Below are positions 16,449 to 25,742 of a stretch of 64,000 nt of DNA, in pieces. Below the pieces are notes generated by a model, which ran no database searches, was not told the origin of the DNA, and saw only the letters and a list, made by a program, of their open reading frames with translations. The translations under genes and the position numbers were made by a program. Origin of the DNA: Candidatus Omnitrophota bacterium (GTDB lineage Bacteria; Omnitrophota; Gorgyraeia; Pluralincolimonadales; Pluralincolimonadaceae). Location: assembly GCA_003141835.1 (NCBI GenBank), contig PLNR01000002.1, forward strand, positions 14,026-78,025, given 5' to 3'. Within the stretch, counting starts at the first letter, position 1, and each line of letters opens with the position of its first letter.

Positions 16449-17272
16449 GCCCTCTTGGCTATCCAGTCGAGGATGTAATCCGTTATCTCATGCCTCTTCG
16501 TCTCGCGCAATAACTCGTGATAGAGGCCGTCGTACAATTTGATCTCTTTGTCCGCGAAAGTAACTTTTTGAAAAAATTCTTTTGCCCCGGAAGGCGCCAC
16601 GACTTTATCGTCCGTGCCTTGCAGCAACAGGAGCGGCACTTTTACCGCCGCCGCGTTCTCGAGGACATACGCCGAGGCCCTTTTCGATTCACTGAAGAGC
16701 CTGAAAGATATCACCCTCTGGGAGTGCTTGTCGTCCTTCGTCTTGCTGATCAGCTCCCTGTCATGCGAGAGGTATTCGAAAGGCACGTGGTTCGGCGTCG
16801 TGATCTTAGGGCACAAAAATGACAATATCTCGGCTATGCCGGTCACTATACCGCTGGGCGGGCTTGCGAAACGCAGCGCCGGCGCGCAGACGGCCGTGCC
16901 TTTTATCATGCCGCCGTACTTTAAGGAAAAAAGCAGCGAGGTCAACCCTCCCATGCTGAGTCCCACGATAAAGGCCTCATCGCATAATGATCCTATCTTG
17001 GCTATCTCGACAAATTGGCGCAGGTCTTCCACGAAATCGTCGAAGGCGTCGACATGGCACCTGGGGCCGTCGGAGTGGCCGTGTCCGCGCTGGTCATGCG
17101 CGAAGAAAGCCATCCCTCTCTTGAAAATATCGTCGCCGAAATGGCTGTATTTTGCAGAATGTTCCCCGAGCCCGTGGACGAGGATCACGGCGGCCTTCGG
17201 TTTTTCCGGGATGAACGCCCTGTAGAATATGTTTTGGGCGTCTTTATTCTTGAACGAACCTTCCGTCTTCAT
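16445..17272 (-). CDS. Lysophospholipase / monoacylglycerol lipase family hydrolase
   Basis: VHGLGEH, DQRGHG, GLSMGG, GTDD, YHE. Confidence 0.9.
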   Translation of the reverse strand: MKTEGSFKNKDAQNIFYRAFIPEKPKAAVILVHGLGEHSAKYSHFGDDIFKRGMAFFAHDQRGHGHSDGPRCHVDAFDDFVEDLRQFVEIAKIGSLCDEAFIVGLSMGGLTSLLFSLKYGGMIKGTAVCAPALRFASPPSGIVTGIAEILSFLCPKITTPNHVPFEYLSHDRELISKTKDDKHSQRVISFRLFSESKRASAYVLENAAAVKVPLLLLQGTDDKVVAPSGAKEFFQKVTFADKEIKLYDGLYHELLRETKRHEITDYILDWIAKRA

Positions 17273-17281
17273 GGCACCGCC

Positions 17282-19078
17282 TTAAGATTGGTACATCCCG
17301 TCGAAAATGCTCTTGTACTTCTCCGCGACGACCTTACGCTTGACCTTCAACGTCGGCGTTATCTCGCCGCCCTCTATCGTCAGCTTATTTTCCAGCAGGG
17401 TGAACTTCTTGATCTTCTCGTAACTGGACAGGTCCTTCTGCCTTTGCTCTATCCTCTCAGTGATGAATTCCAGCACGCGCGGATGCCTGACCAGCTCCTC
17501 GGGCTTTATATACGGTATGCCCTGCCTCATCGCCAGGCCTTTAAGCGCGTCGAAGTTCGGGACTATGAGGGCTGTCAGGTAAGGCCTCCTGTCGCCGTGC
17601 AGGATGACTTCGAGTATATAGGAATCGGCCTTGATAAGGTTCTCTATGTTCTGCGGCGCGATATTCTTGCCGCCGGCGGTTATTATGATATCCTTCTTGC
17701 GGTCGGTAATATAGAGGAACCCTTCCTCGTCGAGATAACCGATATCCCCGGTGCGGAACCGCCCGTCGGCGTCAAAGGCCTCTTTTGTCGCGTCCTCTTT
17801 TCTGTAATATTCCTTCATCACGCCGGGGCCGCTGACAAGTATCTCCCCATCCGGGGCTATCACGACCTCTGTATTATGGATGGGCTTGCCTACCGAACCG
17901 AACTTGAACGCCTTAAAAGTATTGACGGTGACGACCGGTGAGGTCTCGGTCAGGCCGTATCCCTCGAATATGAGTATGCCGACGGAATAGAAAAATTCCC
18001 CGAGTTCTTTCGAAAGCGGCGCGCCGCCGGATATGAAAAATTTTATCCTGCCTCCGACAGCGTTCCTGAGTTTCGATAAGATGAAGGCCTTCATCAATTG
18101 GTACCTGAGCCAGATGACCGGCCCGACGTCGAGCTTGTTCAGCCTGGCATCGGCATATCTTTTTGCCAGCGTGACGGACCTTTCCAGGATCTTTTTCTTG
18201 ATTTCGGAGCTGTGCGCTATCGAATCCGTTATTGTCTCCTGCATCTTTTCGTAAAACCGCGGTACGGCGCAGGCGTAAGTCGGCCTTATCTCCTTGAGGT
18301 CCTGCGCCACGGATTCGATGCTGTCCGCATAGGCGATCGTCCCGCCGATAAACATCGTAAAATAATAACTGGCCATCCTCTCGAAGACGTGCGAAAGCGG
18401 AAGGAACGAGAGGCATGTGTCGTCTTCCCCGAGAGGCAGCAGGTCGACCGAAGACCTGCAGTTAGAAAGGAAATTGTCGTGCGTCAGGCATACGCCCTTC
18501 GCAGGGCCGGTCGTGCCTGACGTGTAGATTATCGAGGCTAGATCATCCTTGCCCGCGGAATTGAGCCGCGATTCGAATTCGGCCCTTGTCTCCGCGGCTT
18601 TATCCGCTCCGGTTTTCAGGACAGATTCGAATGAAATGACATCGGCGCCTTTTATCTTCCCGGGCGGGTCCATGATTATTATCTTCCTTAACGCCGGAAG
18701 TTTCGGTTTTATCGAGATTATTTTGTCCAGCTGCTCCTGCGTCGAGACTATCACCATCGCGGAACCGGAATCCTGGAGGATATATTCCATCTGGTGCGGG
18801 ACGTCGGTGGGATAAAGCGGGACATCGGCGCATCCTAAGGAAAGGACGGCGAGGTCTGAATAGGCCCATTCAGGGCGGTTCTCCGAAAGCAGGCCGACCC
18901 TCTCTCCCGGCTTAAGCCCGAGCGATATAAGCCCGGAAGCGAGGTCTTTTACCCTGCCTTCGGCCTCGGCCCAGCTTATGTCGCGATATTTTCCTCCGGA
19001 CTTAGCCCTGAGGGCGCACTTTCCGCCGTACTTGTTCGCCCTTGAGAAAAACATTAAAGGAACAGTCTCTTCGCGCAT
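17282..19078 (-). CDS. Long-chain fatty acid-CoA ligase
   Basis: YTSGTTGPAKG, FLPLSHVFE, EGYGLTE, RTGD, DRKK, TPTLKVKR. Confidence 0.92.
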   Translation of the reverse strand: MREETVPLMFFSRANKYGGKCALRAKSGGKYRDISWAEAEGRVKDLASGLISLGLKPGERVGLLSENRPEWAYSDLAVLSLGCADVPLYPTDVPHQMEYILQDSGSAMVIVSTQEQLDKIISIKPKLPALRKIIIMDPPGKIKGADVISFESVLKTGADKAAETRAEFESRLNSAGKDDLASIIYTSGTTGPAKGVCLTHDNFLSNCRSSVDLLPLGEDDTCLSFLPLSHVFERMASYYFTMFIGGTIAYADSIESVAQDLKEIRPTYACAVPRFYEKMQETITDSIAHSSEIKKKILERSVTLAKRYADARLNKLDVGPVIWLRYQLMKAFILSKLRNAVGGRIKFFISGGAPLSKELGEFFYSVGILIFEGYGLTETSPVVTVNTFKAFKFGSVGKPIHNTEVVIAPDGEILVSGPGVMKEYYRKEDATKEAFDADGRFRTGDIGYLDEEGFLYITDRKKDIIITAGGKNIAPQNIENLIKADSYILEVILHGDRRPYLTALIVPNFDALKGLAMRQGIPYIKPEELVRHPRVLEFITERIEQRQKDLSSYEKIKKFTLLENKLTIEGGEITPTLKVKRKVVAEKYKSIFDGMYQS

Positions 19079-19090
19079 TAAAATATCTTT

Positions 19091-20401
19091 CTAGAACATC
19101 ACTTTGCGCGCGCGATTCATCCCGATAGCCAGCTTGAGGAGATTCACCCTCTTGAGGCCCTTCCCTATCACAGCCATCCTCGACTTGCCTTTCGGCGTCT
19201 CGGATACGGTGAAGAAGTCCTCGGCCAGTTCCACCAGCAGCTCCGGATATTCCTTGAAAAATTCGGGATGCTTCGTCGCGAAATTTGAAATGCCCTTGTA
19301 ACGCTTCAGGTCCTTGAATACGAAAGAATTTTCCAGGCGCTCGCGGTATCCCGCAAGCCCTTTCTCGGAGAAATCGTTATTCTTCTTCGCATCTATTATC
19401 GCCTCGGCCGCGTACAGGCCCGACGCCATCGCCAGGTTGGAACCCTCATGGAACATCGGGTTCATGTTGACGAAACCGGCCGCGTCGCCGGCGATCAAAA
19501 GCCCGTCCATCGTGAGCTTCGGGAGATGGTCGTAACCGAACTCCGGTATCAAATGCGCCGCATATTCCAGGAGCTTGCCGCCTTTTACCAGGCGCCTTAT
19601 CGACGGGTGTTCCTTGAAATTCTCGATGAGGTCGTTCGGCGTCAATTTGTTGTATTTGAGGTCCCTGGTCGAGACGCCGATGCCGACGGAGAGCGTATCC
19701 TTATTGGTATAGATAAAGGCTGAGCCGACCATCCCCTTTACCGAGCCCCCGAAATATTCCAGCGAGACGCCTTCTTCGCCTTCGAGGTTGAACCTCTCCT
19801 CGATGACTTCCTTCGGCAGCGAGATCACTTCCTTGCAGCAGGTGACCATATGCTCCGGGACGTGCCTTTCCCTTAATCCAAGCCTTTCGGACAGGAGCGA
19901 ACCGACCCCTTCCGCTATGACGATAGTGTCCGCGAAGAGGTCCCCGTCCTCGAGGCGCGTCTTTACCCCGACCGCCTTTTTGCCTTCGGTGATCACCTTA
20001 TCCACGACAGCCTGGTTCAATACCATTACGCCCGCTTCTTCCGCCTTCTTGGCGTACCAGGCGTCGAATTTCCCGCGCAGGACCGTGAAAGTGTTATTGA
20101 ACGGCGGTTTATTGAAACCTTCGAACCTCATGCCCATCTGCAATTCCGAATCGGCGGACAATACGGAAAATACTTTTTTCACGACGCGCCGTTCCACAGG
20201 CGCCTCTTCCCAGAAATTCGGTATGACCTTATTGAGTATCGTCGAATATAATATCCCGCCCATCACGTTCTTCGAGCCGGGCGCTTCCCCGCGCTCGAGC
20301 AATACGACGCTCAGGCCCGCCTTCGCCAGCGTATACGCGCACGTCGTCCCTGCCGGGCCGGCGCCCACTACAATACAATCGAACTTCTCGCCGCTTGCCA
20401 T
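19091..20401 (-). CDS. fixC: FixC-like FAD-dependent ETF:quinone oxidoreductase subunit
   Basis: VVGAGPAG, ERG..PGSKNVMGG, APVER, FIYTNKD, EYAAHLIPE, GDAAG. Confidence 0.85.
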   Translation of the reverse strand: MASGEKFDCIVVGAGPAGTTCAYTLAKAGLSVVLLERGEAPGSKNVMGGILYSTILNKVIPNFWEEAPVERRVVKKVFSVLSADSELQMGMRFEGFNKPPFNNTFTVLRGKFDAWYAKKAEEAGVMVLNQAVVDKVITEGKKAVGVKTRLEDGDLFADTIVIAEGVGSLLSERLGLRERHVPEHMVTCCKEVISLPKEVIEERFNLEGEEGVSLEYFGGSVKGMVGSAFIYTNKDTLSVGIGVSTRDLKYNKLTPNDLIENFKEHPSIRRLVKGGKLLEYAAHLIPEFGYDHLPKLTMDGLLIAGDAAGFVNMNPMFHEGSNLAMASGLYAAEAIIDAKKNNDFSEKGLAGYRERLENSFVFKDLKRYKGISNFATKHPEFFKEYPELLVELAEDFFTVSETPKGKSRMAVIGKGLKRVNLLKLAIGMNRARKVMF

Positions 20402-20425
20402 CAGTTCATCTCCTTGTCCGGATCA

Positions 20426-22474
20426 TTATTCCTCTATCAATGCCTTTATCTGCGGGAGCATCCTCTCGGTTTCCTGCTCCCCGCGCCTTATCAGCGCCTC
20501 TACCTTATACAATTCGAACCACGCCGCGTTCGGCAGGACCGGGTGTATGACGCAATCCGCGTCCTTGGACGAGGCCTCGGCGAATACATACTGCATCGCC
20601 AGCGAGGTGCTCATTATCACGTCGAATACGTTAGGCGCGAATGTCCGGCGGGCCCATCTGCGGAATTTATAGGCGAGCCGCGAAAATACCGTGCGCTGCG
20701 ACAGCCTTATCTCTTCGCTCCTTCGCATCTCCTCGAATTCCTTGAAAGCCTTCATCATCTCTTCCTGGCTGGGCAGGCAATTTACGGCTATTATCTTCTT
20801 TGCGCCGTATTTCGCCAGGACGTCTATCGGGACAGGGTCGAGGGTGCCGCCGTCTATGAGGAAGTCATCCCCGTATCTTACGGGTTTTATAAATGCCGGG
20901 ATAGAACATGAAGCCCTGAGCGCGTCGACAAGGCTGCCCTCCTCAAGAATTATGTTCTCGCGGGAACGGAGCGTATTCGCGACGATCTTTAGCGGTATAT
21001 GCGTATCGTGGAATGTTTTCCTGCCGAGGTATTCGCGGAAAAACCTCTTGAAGTTATTACCGTTCATGAAGCCGCGCAGCGGCAGGAGCGAGAAATCCGC
21101 CAGCGAAAAGACCACGTCTTTCCTCTTGAACCTTAGCGCTATCTTTTCGAGCTCCTCGGCCTCTATTCCGGTCACCCAGAAAGCGGCGACGACAGCGCCG
21201 ATCGACGTGCCGGCGATAAAATCTATCGGAATCTTCTCCCTCTCAAGGACCTTCAGCACGCCGATATGCACCAGCCCGAGGGCCGCTCCTGAGCCGAGCG
21301 CGAGGCCGACGAGGATCTTCCCGATCTCGCGGGCGATCCTCCTTACCGACCTCGAATAGAGGCTCTCCGGTACGGCCAATACCGGCGGCAATCCCGCGGA
21401 CATCATCCCGGCCAATAACCCCAGGTCCGGCAGGACCGCGTAAGCCTTGTGGCCCAGCAATTTGACCTCTTCTTCGAAAGTATCGGTCTGCACGAATTCG
21501 TTTATTATCGCCTTGACCGTGTTGTCGGGATCCGGCACCACTTTTTTGAGTTCGTTGATCAGTTTACCGGTGGCTTTCAGGTTATGCGCATTGCAGTCGC
21601 TGACGACATGTATGAGGTCGGACTGCGCGAGAAGCGAATAGGTCGGTTTGTCTATCTCCGGCGGCATGTCGACAACGATATAATTGAACTCCGACGCCAG
21701 GGAACTCAGGAATGAGATGATGTGCGCGGGTTCGATCTTGCTGTGGTCGTCGCAGCCCAGGTTAAGCAGGTATATGCCCCCGGCTTCGTATTTCGTTATG
21801 AGGGGCTTGGCCTCTTCGTAATTCATGCTGTGGCGCTTCAGGTCGATGCATTTGAGCTCTCCCATCTGCAGCATCGCGGAACATTCGTTCCCTGAGTGGC
21901 TCATATCGAGGAGTATGACCTTCTTGCGCGTCTCGTAGGAGAGCGCTATCGCAAGGTTGACCGCGTACATCGTCCGCCCGGATTTCTTGGCGAGCCCGAA
22001 GACGGATATTATCGAGGACTCGAAGATCGTCCTCTGTTTCGACTGTTCCTTCTGCAGGCGGCGCGAGAGGGCCTCGGTGAGCTTCAAGGCAAGCTGCGGC
22101 ACTTCCTTGAGCAGGCTATCGAAATTCTTTTTGTCTATGCGGAGGATAAGCGAATCGTTTATTATGCGGACAGATGCGGAATGCGGCTCGTTGGTAAGAA
22201 GCGAGATTATGCCTACGTAATCGCCGCGGTGCAGGTGGACAAGCGTCTTCTCTTCCCCGGACGGCGTCCTGACGAATACCTTCGCCCTGCCGGTTATCAT
22301 GCAATAAAAAGAATCTCCCTTCGCGCCTTCGCGGTAGAGGATATGGTTCTTCCTATATTCGGCCACGTAGGAATTATCCTCTATCAGCTTTTGGGCCGCG
22401 CCGGGGAGGCCCGAGAAGATAGGTATCCTTCTTATTATAGACGCTTTATCGATGCTTGGGTTGGCAGGGTTCAT
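20426..22474 (-). CDS. cNMP-binding plus ParA/MinD-like plus patatin phospholipase
   Basis: cNMP domain (IPIFSGL, LYREG, GDYVG); degenerate P-loop domain (SGRT, VILLD, IVVDMP); patatin GSGAALG, GTSIG, DGG. Confidence 0.88.
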   Translation of the reverse strand: MNPANPSIDKASIIRRIPIFSGLPGAAQKLIEDNSYVAEYRKNHILYREGAKGDSFYCMITGRAKVFVRTPSGEEKTLVHLHRGDYVGIISLLTNEPHSASVRIINDSLILRIDKKNFDSLLKEVPQLALKLTEALSRRLQKEQSKQRTIFESSIISVFGLAKKSGRTMYAVNLAIALSYETRKKVILLDMSHSGNECSAMLQMGELKCIDLKRHSMNYEEAKPLITKYEAGGIYLLNLGCDDHSKIEPAHIISFLSSLASEFNYIVVDMPPEIDKPTYSLLAQSDLIHVVSDCNAHNLKATGKLINELKKVVPDPDNTVKAIINEFVQTDTFEEEVKLLGHKAYAVLPDLGLLAGMMSAGLPPVLAVPESLYSRSVRRIAREIGKILVGLALGSGAALGLVHIGVLKVLEREKIPIDFIAGTSIGAVVAAFWVTGIEAEELEKIALRFKRKDVVFSLADFSLLPLRGFMNGNNFKRFFREYLGRKTFHDTHIPLKIVANTLRSRENIILEEGSLVDALRASCSIPAFIKPVRYGDDFLIDGGTLDPVPIDVLAKYGAKKIIAVNCLPSQEEMMKAFKEFEEMRRSEEIRLSQRTVFSRLAYKFRRWARRTFAPNVFDVIMSTSLAMQYVFAEASSKDADCVIHPVLPNAAWFELYKVEALIRRGEQETERMLPQIKALIEE

Positions 22475-22481
22475 CCCTTGT

Positions 22482-22510
22482 ATTATATAGACTTGGGATG
22501 AAAAAGTCAA
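22482..22510 (-). promoter_or_regulatory. Near-consensus sigma70 promoter, probably giving a leaderless patatin mRNA
   Basis: TTGACT-17 nt-TATAAT, 7 nt before the ATG at 22474. Confidence 0.7.
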
Positions 22511-22594
22511 AAAAAACGCCAACGGCTCCAAACCATTTCACTGCTGCTTGCTGCGGTGCTGCCGCTTGTTTCTCGGATCCAACTAGCCGTTGGC
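22509..22594 (-). terminator. Terminator-like stem with large loop (candidate riboswitch expression platform)
   Basis: GCCAACGGCT...AGCCGTTGGC 10-bp stem, 57-nt loop, followed by GTTTTTTTT. Confidence 0.55.
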
Positions 22595-22649
22595 AATCAT
22601 TATCAGTTGACCGATAAGGGGGCAACCTACGCCTTTGACCTTTTCTCCA

Positions 22650-22795
22650 GTTTCGGCAACCTGTCGGCCTTGTCCCATGACCTCGGGATTTAGGCTTGAG
22701 GTTTTGCGTCCCGCCCTTTCGGTGCCGACTGATGCGGCATCAGTGTGCTTTGGCTTATTCACACTGAGCGGCTTTGCCCTCTTCGGTCGATTGAA
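22650..22795 (-). ncRNA. Cyclic di-GMP-I (GEMM) riboswitch with insertion in P2
   Basis: AGGGCAAA...CC-GAAA-GG...GGACGCAAA...GCCTAA...GGTTGCCGA, the ordered landmarks of class I aptamers. Confidence 0.85.
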
Positions 22796-22864
22796 GTATG
22801 CCATATTCCGGGTAAAATACAAGGGGCAAAATTACGCATGGATAGCGCCGATGCGCTACCATTG

Positions 22865-23761
22865 TTACGCATAGCCGAGCATTTTCAGCGCATTCGGGTC
22901 CTTGCGCCAGTTCTCATGGACCTTGACCCACAGCTCGATGTAGGCGTGGCGGTTCAGGAATTTCTGGATGTCCCTTCTCGCGGATTCGCCGATGGATTTC
23001 AGCATCTGGCCCCTATGGCCGACCAGTATCTTCTTCTGCGAATGGCGCTCGACGTATATCACCGCCCTTATATAGACAAGTTTCTTCGGGCGGTCGGTAA
23101 ATTCCTCTATAAGCACAGCCAGGGAATGCGGCACCTCCTCATGCGTCAGCTCGAGGGCCTTCTCGCGGATCATTTCTGCGACCATGAACTTTTCGGTCTT
23201 GTCGGTAAATTGGCTGTCGGGGAAATGCTTCGGCCCTTCGGGAAGGTACTCGATGACCTTCTTAAGCAGGGCGTCCATGTTGTCGCCGTTTGACGCGGAC
23301 GTCGGTATTATATCCCTGAAAGCGTAGAGCCTGGCCCCCTCTTCGATAAGCGGCAGGGCGAGCGACTTGCTCCTTAGGTCTATCTTGTTTATCAATAATA
23401 TGGCCGGCTTGTTCGCGGCCTTCACCAGGTTGAATATCAGCATGTCTTCGTGGGTTATGCCTTTTGTCACGTCCAGGACGAACACGATAAGGTCCACTTC
23501 AAGCAGGACGTCCTTCGCGACCTGGGTTATCTGTTTCCCGAGCAGGTTCTTGGGCTTATGTATCCCGGGCGTGTCGACGAATACCACCTGGGCGTCGTCG
23601 CGCGTCAGGATGCCCTGGATCTTGTTGCGGGTGGTCTCGGGTTTTTGCGTCACGATGGCGACCTTCTCGCCGACAAGGCGGTTGAGGACCGTCGACTTGC
23701 CGACGTTCGGCCTGCCTATTATCGCCACAAACCCGGATTTGAATGTTTTTTTATCCGCCAT
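22865..23761 (-). CDS. era: GTPase Era
   Basis: GRPNVGKST, TTR, DTPG, NKID, KH domain EEVPH...LWVKV. Confidence 0.97.
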   Translation of the reverse strand: MADKKTFKSGFVAIIGRPNVGKSTVLNRLVGEKVAIVTQKPETTRNKIQGILTRDDAQVVFVDTPGIHKPKNLLGKQITQVAKDVLLEVDLIVFVLDVTKGITHEDMLIFNLVKAANKPAILLINKIDLRSKSLALPLIEEGARLYAFRDIIPTSASNGDNMDALLKKVIEYLPEGPKHFPDSQFTDKTEKFMVAEMIREKALELTHEEVPHSLAVLIEEFTDRPKKLVYIRAVIYVERHSQKKILVGHRGQMLKSIGESARRDIQKFLNRHAYIELWVKVHENWRKDPNALKMLGYA

Positions 23762-23762
23762 A

Positions 23763-24932
23763 TCAGTAGAGGCTGCCTTTATTTAATTCGCTGAGCCAGC
23801 GTTTTTCGAATTCTTTCATGGATACGTTAAATTTCCTTTTCATGACCTGCTCGAACGTTTCCCCCTCGCCGATGTCTTTCAGTATCTCGCGGATAGTGTA
23901 TTTGTTATACCTCTTCATCATGTAAGCCCCGATGGTATACGACTCCTCGCACGCGAGCCAGTATTGGTTCTGGCCGCCGGACGACTGCAGCACCGGATCG
24001 ATGCCGTCGAGCGGTATCAATCGGTTCTTATTTACCGCGGCCTTCAGCAAACCCATATTCTTCTTCATATACCTGAATCCTTCGTAATATGCAAGACCTT
24101 CGTTCAGCCATGCCGGCGCCCTCCCCTTCGAAAGGTCCTCCACCAGCAGGTGCGTATATTCATGCCAGACGATCCCGCGTATATGGTCAGGCGTGTAATC
24201 CGCGCCTATGAGCGGAAGCCGTATCTTGCCGTCGTATACCCCCTGCGTCCCGGCCGGCCATTTGTCCAGCGAGTCGAACTGCTCCCTGTTGGATATCAGC
24301 ACGACCATCTTGTAATCCGGGCGGCAATCGAAATCCTGCCCGAGCAGCCTGTAGGCTTCCTGCAGGTAATACCTTACATTATAGCTTAACCTCGCCCCCT
24401 CGTGCGCGTATTTTATCTCGAACCGGTCCATCCCCGTCGAGCCGTAATCATCCTCGAACTTCGCTTCCTTGTTCAGTTTCGCTATTTTTCCCTCGATGTC
24501 CTTTTTATATTCATAATCCGGGGCTACCGCCAGCACTTTTTCCCAAAGCGATTTCGCTTCAGCCATCTTTTGCGACAGGTATTTAATATCGCCCAGCAGG
24601 ACGAGCGAATTCAGGTTATCCGGATCGAGCTTAAGCGCCGCCTCGAAATACCCCTCCGCGCCGGAAAGGTCTTTCTTGTTGTAACTTATCTCGCCCTGTT
24701 TAGCATAAGCGGCGGCAAGATTCTTCTTGATCACCTTATCCGAGGGGTTAAGGTTATAAGCCTCTTCGAGGTAGGATATCGAGGCTGCCATCGCGCTGTC
24801 ATTATAGGCCTTGACGCCCATCTCGTTATACATCGCGGCACCCGTGGGGTCGTTCCTCGCGCTGCAATGCGCCGGCGCCGCCGCGGTGATGACTAAAATG
24901 GCCACAAAAATTTTGAGGATCTTCGATTTCAT
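23763..24932 (-). CDS. Exported TPR plus peptidase MA family metallopeptidase
   Basis: Signal peptide, TPR repeats, GVYDGKI, WHEYTH, PAWLNEGLA. Confidence 0.85.
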   Translation of the reverse strand: MKSKILKIFVAILVITAAAPAHCSARNDPTGAAMYNEMGVKAYNDSAMAASISYLEEAYNLNPSDKVIKKNLAAAYAKQGEISYNKKDLSGAEGYFEAALKLDPDNLNSLVLLGDIKYLSQKMAEAKSLWEKVLAVAPDYEYKKDIEGKIAKLNKEAKFEDDYGSTGMDRFEIKYAHEGARLSYNVRYYLQEAYRLLGQDFDCRPDYKMVVLISNREQFDSLDKWPAGTQGVYDGKIRLPLIGADYTPDHIRGIVWHEYTHLLVEDLSKGRAPAWLNEGLAYYEGFRYMKKNMGLLKAAVNKNRLIPLDGIDPVLQSSGGQNQYWLACEESYTIGAYMMKRYNKYTIREILKDIGEGETFEQVMKRKFNVSMKEFEKRWLSELNKGSLY

Positions 24933-24971
24933 GTTATAATCAGTATACCTTAACCGGAAACGCATGTCCAT

Positions 24972-25742
24972 ATGAGCATAAAATCATTCGAAAAACTTGT
25001 CGGGATAATGGCGCGCCTGCGCGCAAAGGACGGCTGTCCGTGGGACAAAGCACAGACGCACGCCTCTTTGAAAAAACACATCATCGAGGAGGCTTACGAG
25101 CTTTGCGACGCGATAGATTCCAGGGACCCTGAAAAATTAAAGGACGAGCTCGGGGATTTCCTCTTCCAGGTCATCTTCCAGGCCCAGATCGCGAAAGAAC
25201 GCGGAGCCTTCGACATCGACGATGTCCTGCGTACGTCTGCGAAAAAGATGCTCAACCGCCATCCTCACGTCTTCGGGAAACACAGGGCCAAGGACGAGGA
25301 CGACGCATATAAGCACTGGCAGTCGCGCAAAGAACGGGAAAAGTCCTATAAGGACAGGAAGAGCATCTTAGACGGCGTCCCGAAAACCCTTCCGGCTCTG
25401 ATAAAAGCCCAGAAGGTCTCTAAGCGGGCGGCCCACCGGGGATTTGACTGGCCGGACGTGAAATTCGTCGTAGATAAGGTCCACGAAGAGCTTGAAGAAG
25501 TGAAAGCGGAGATAAAAAGCGGCAACAAGCGCCGCCTCGCCGAGGAGATCGGCGATCTTTTGTTCGTTATCGTGATACTCTCCCGCTTCGGCGGCATCGA
25601 CGCCGAGGAATCTCTCCATAACGCCACCAAAAAATTCGCCAAGCGGTTCGGGAATATGGAGCGCGCGTTAAAAAAGCGGAATAAAAAATTTACTGAATGC
25701 ACTTTCGAAGAACTATACAGGTTGTGGCGGAAAAACCGTTAA
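24972..25742 (+). CDS. mazG: Nucleoside triphosphate pyrophosphohydrolase MazG
   Basis: GCPWD, EEAYE, DELGD, RHPHVFG, GFDW, EEIGDLLF. Confidence 0.95.
   Translation: MSIKSFEKLVGIMARLRAKDGCPWDKAQTHASLKKHIIEEAYELCDAIDSRDPEKLKDELGDFLFQVIFQAQIAKERGAFDIDDVLRTSAKKMLNRHPHVFGKHRAKDEDDAYKHWQSRKEREKSYKDRKSILDGVPKTLPALIKAQKVSKRAAHRGFDWPDVKFVVDKVHEELEEVKAEIKSGNKRRLAEEIGDLLFVIVILSRFGGIDAEESLHNATKKFAKRFGNMERALKKRNKKFTECTFEELYRLWRKNR

Noticed and set aside
22583-22874. Short ORFs 22583..22822 (-) and 22635..22874 (+)
   Set aside because: The region is better explained by the riboswitch and its hairpins; no RBS or protein features
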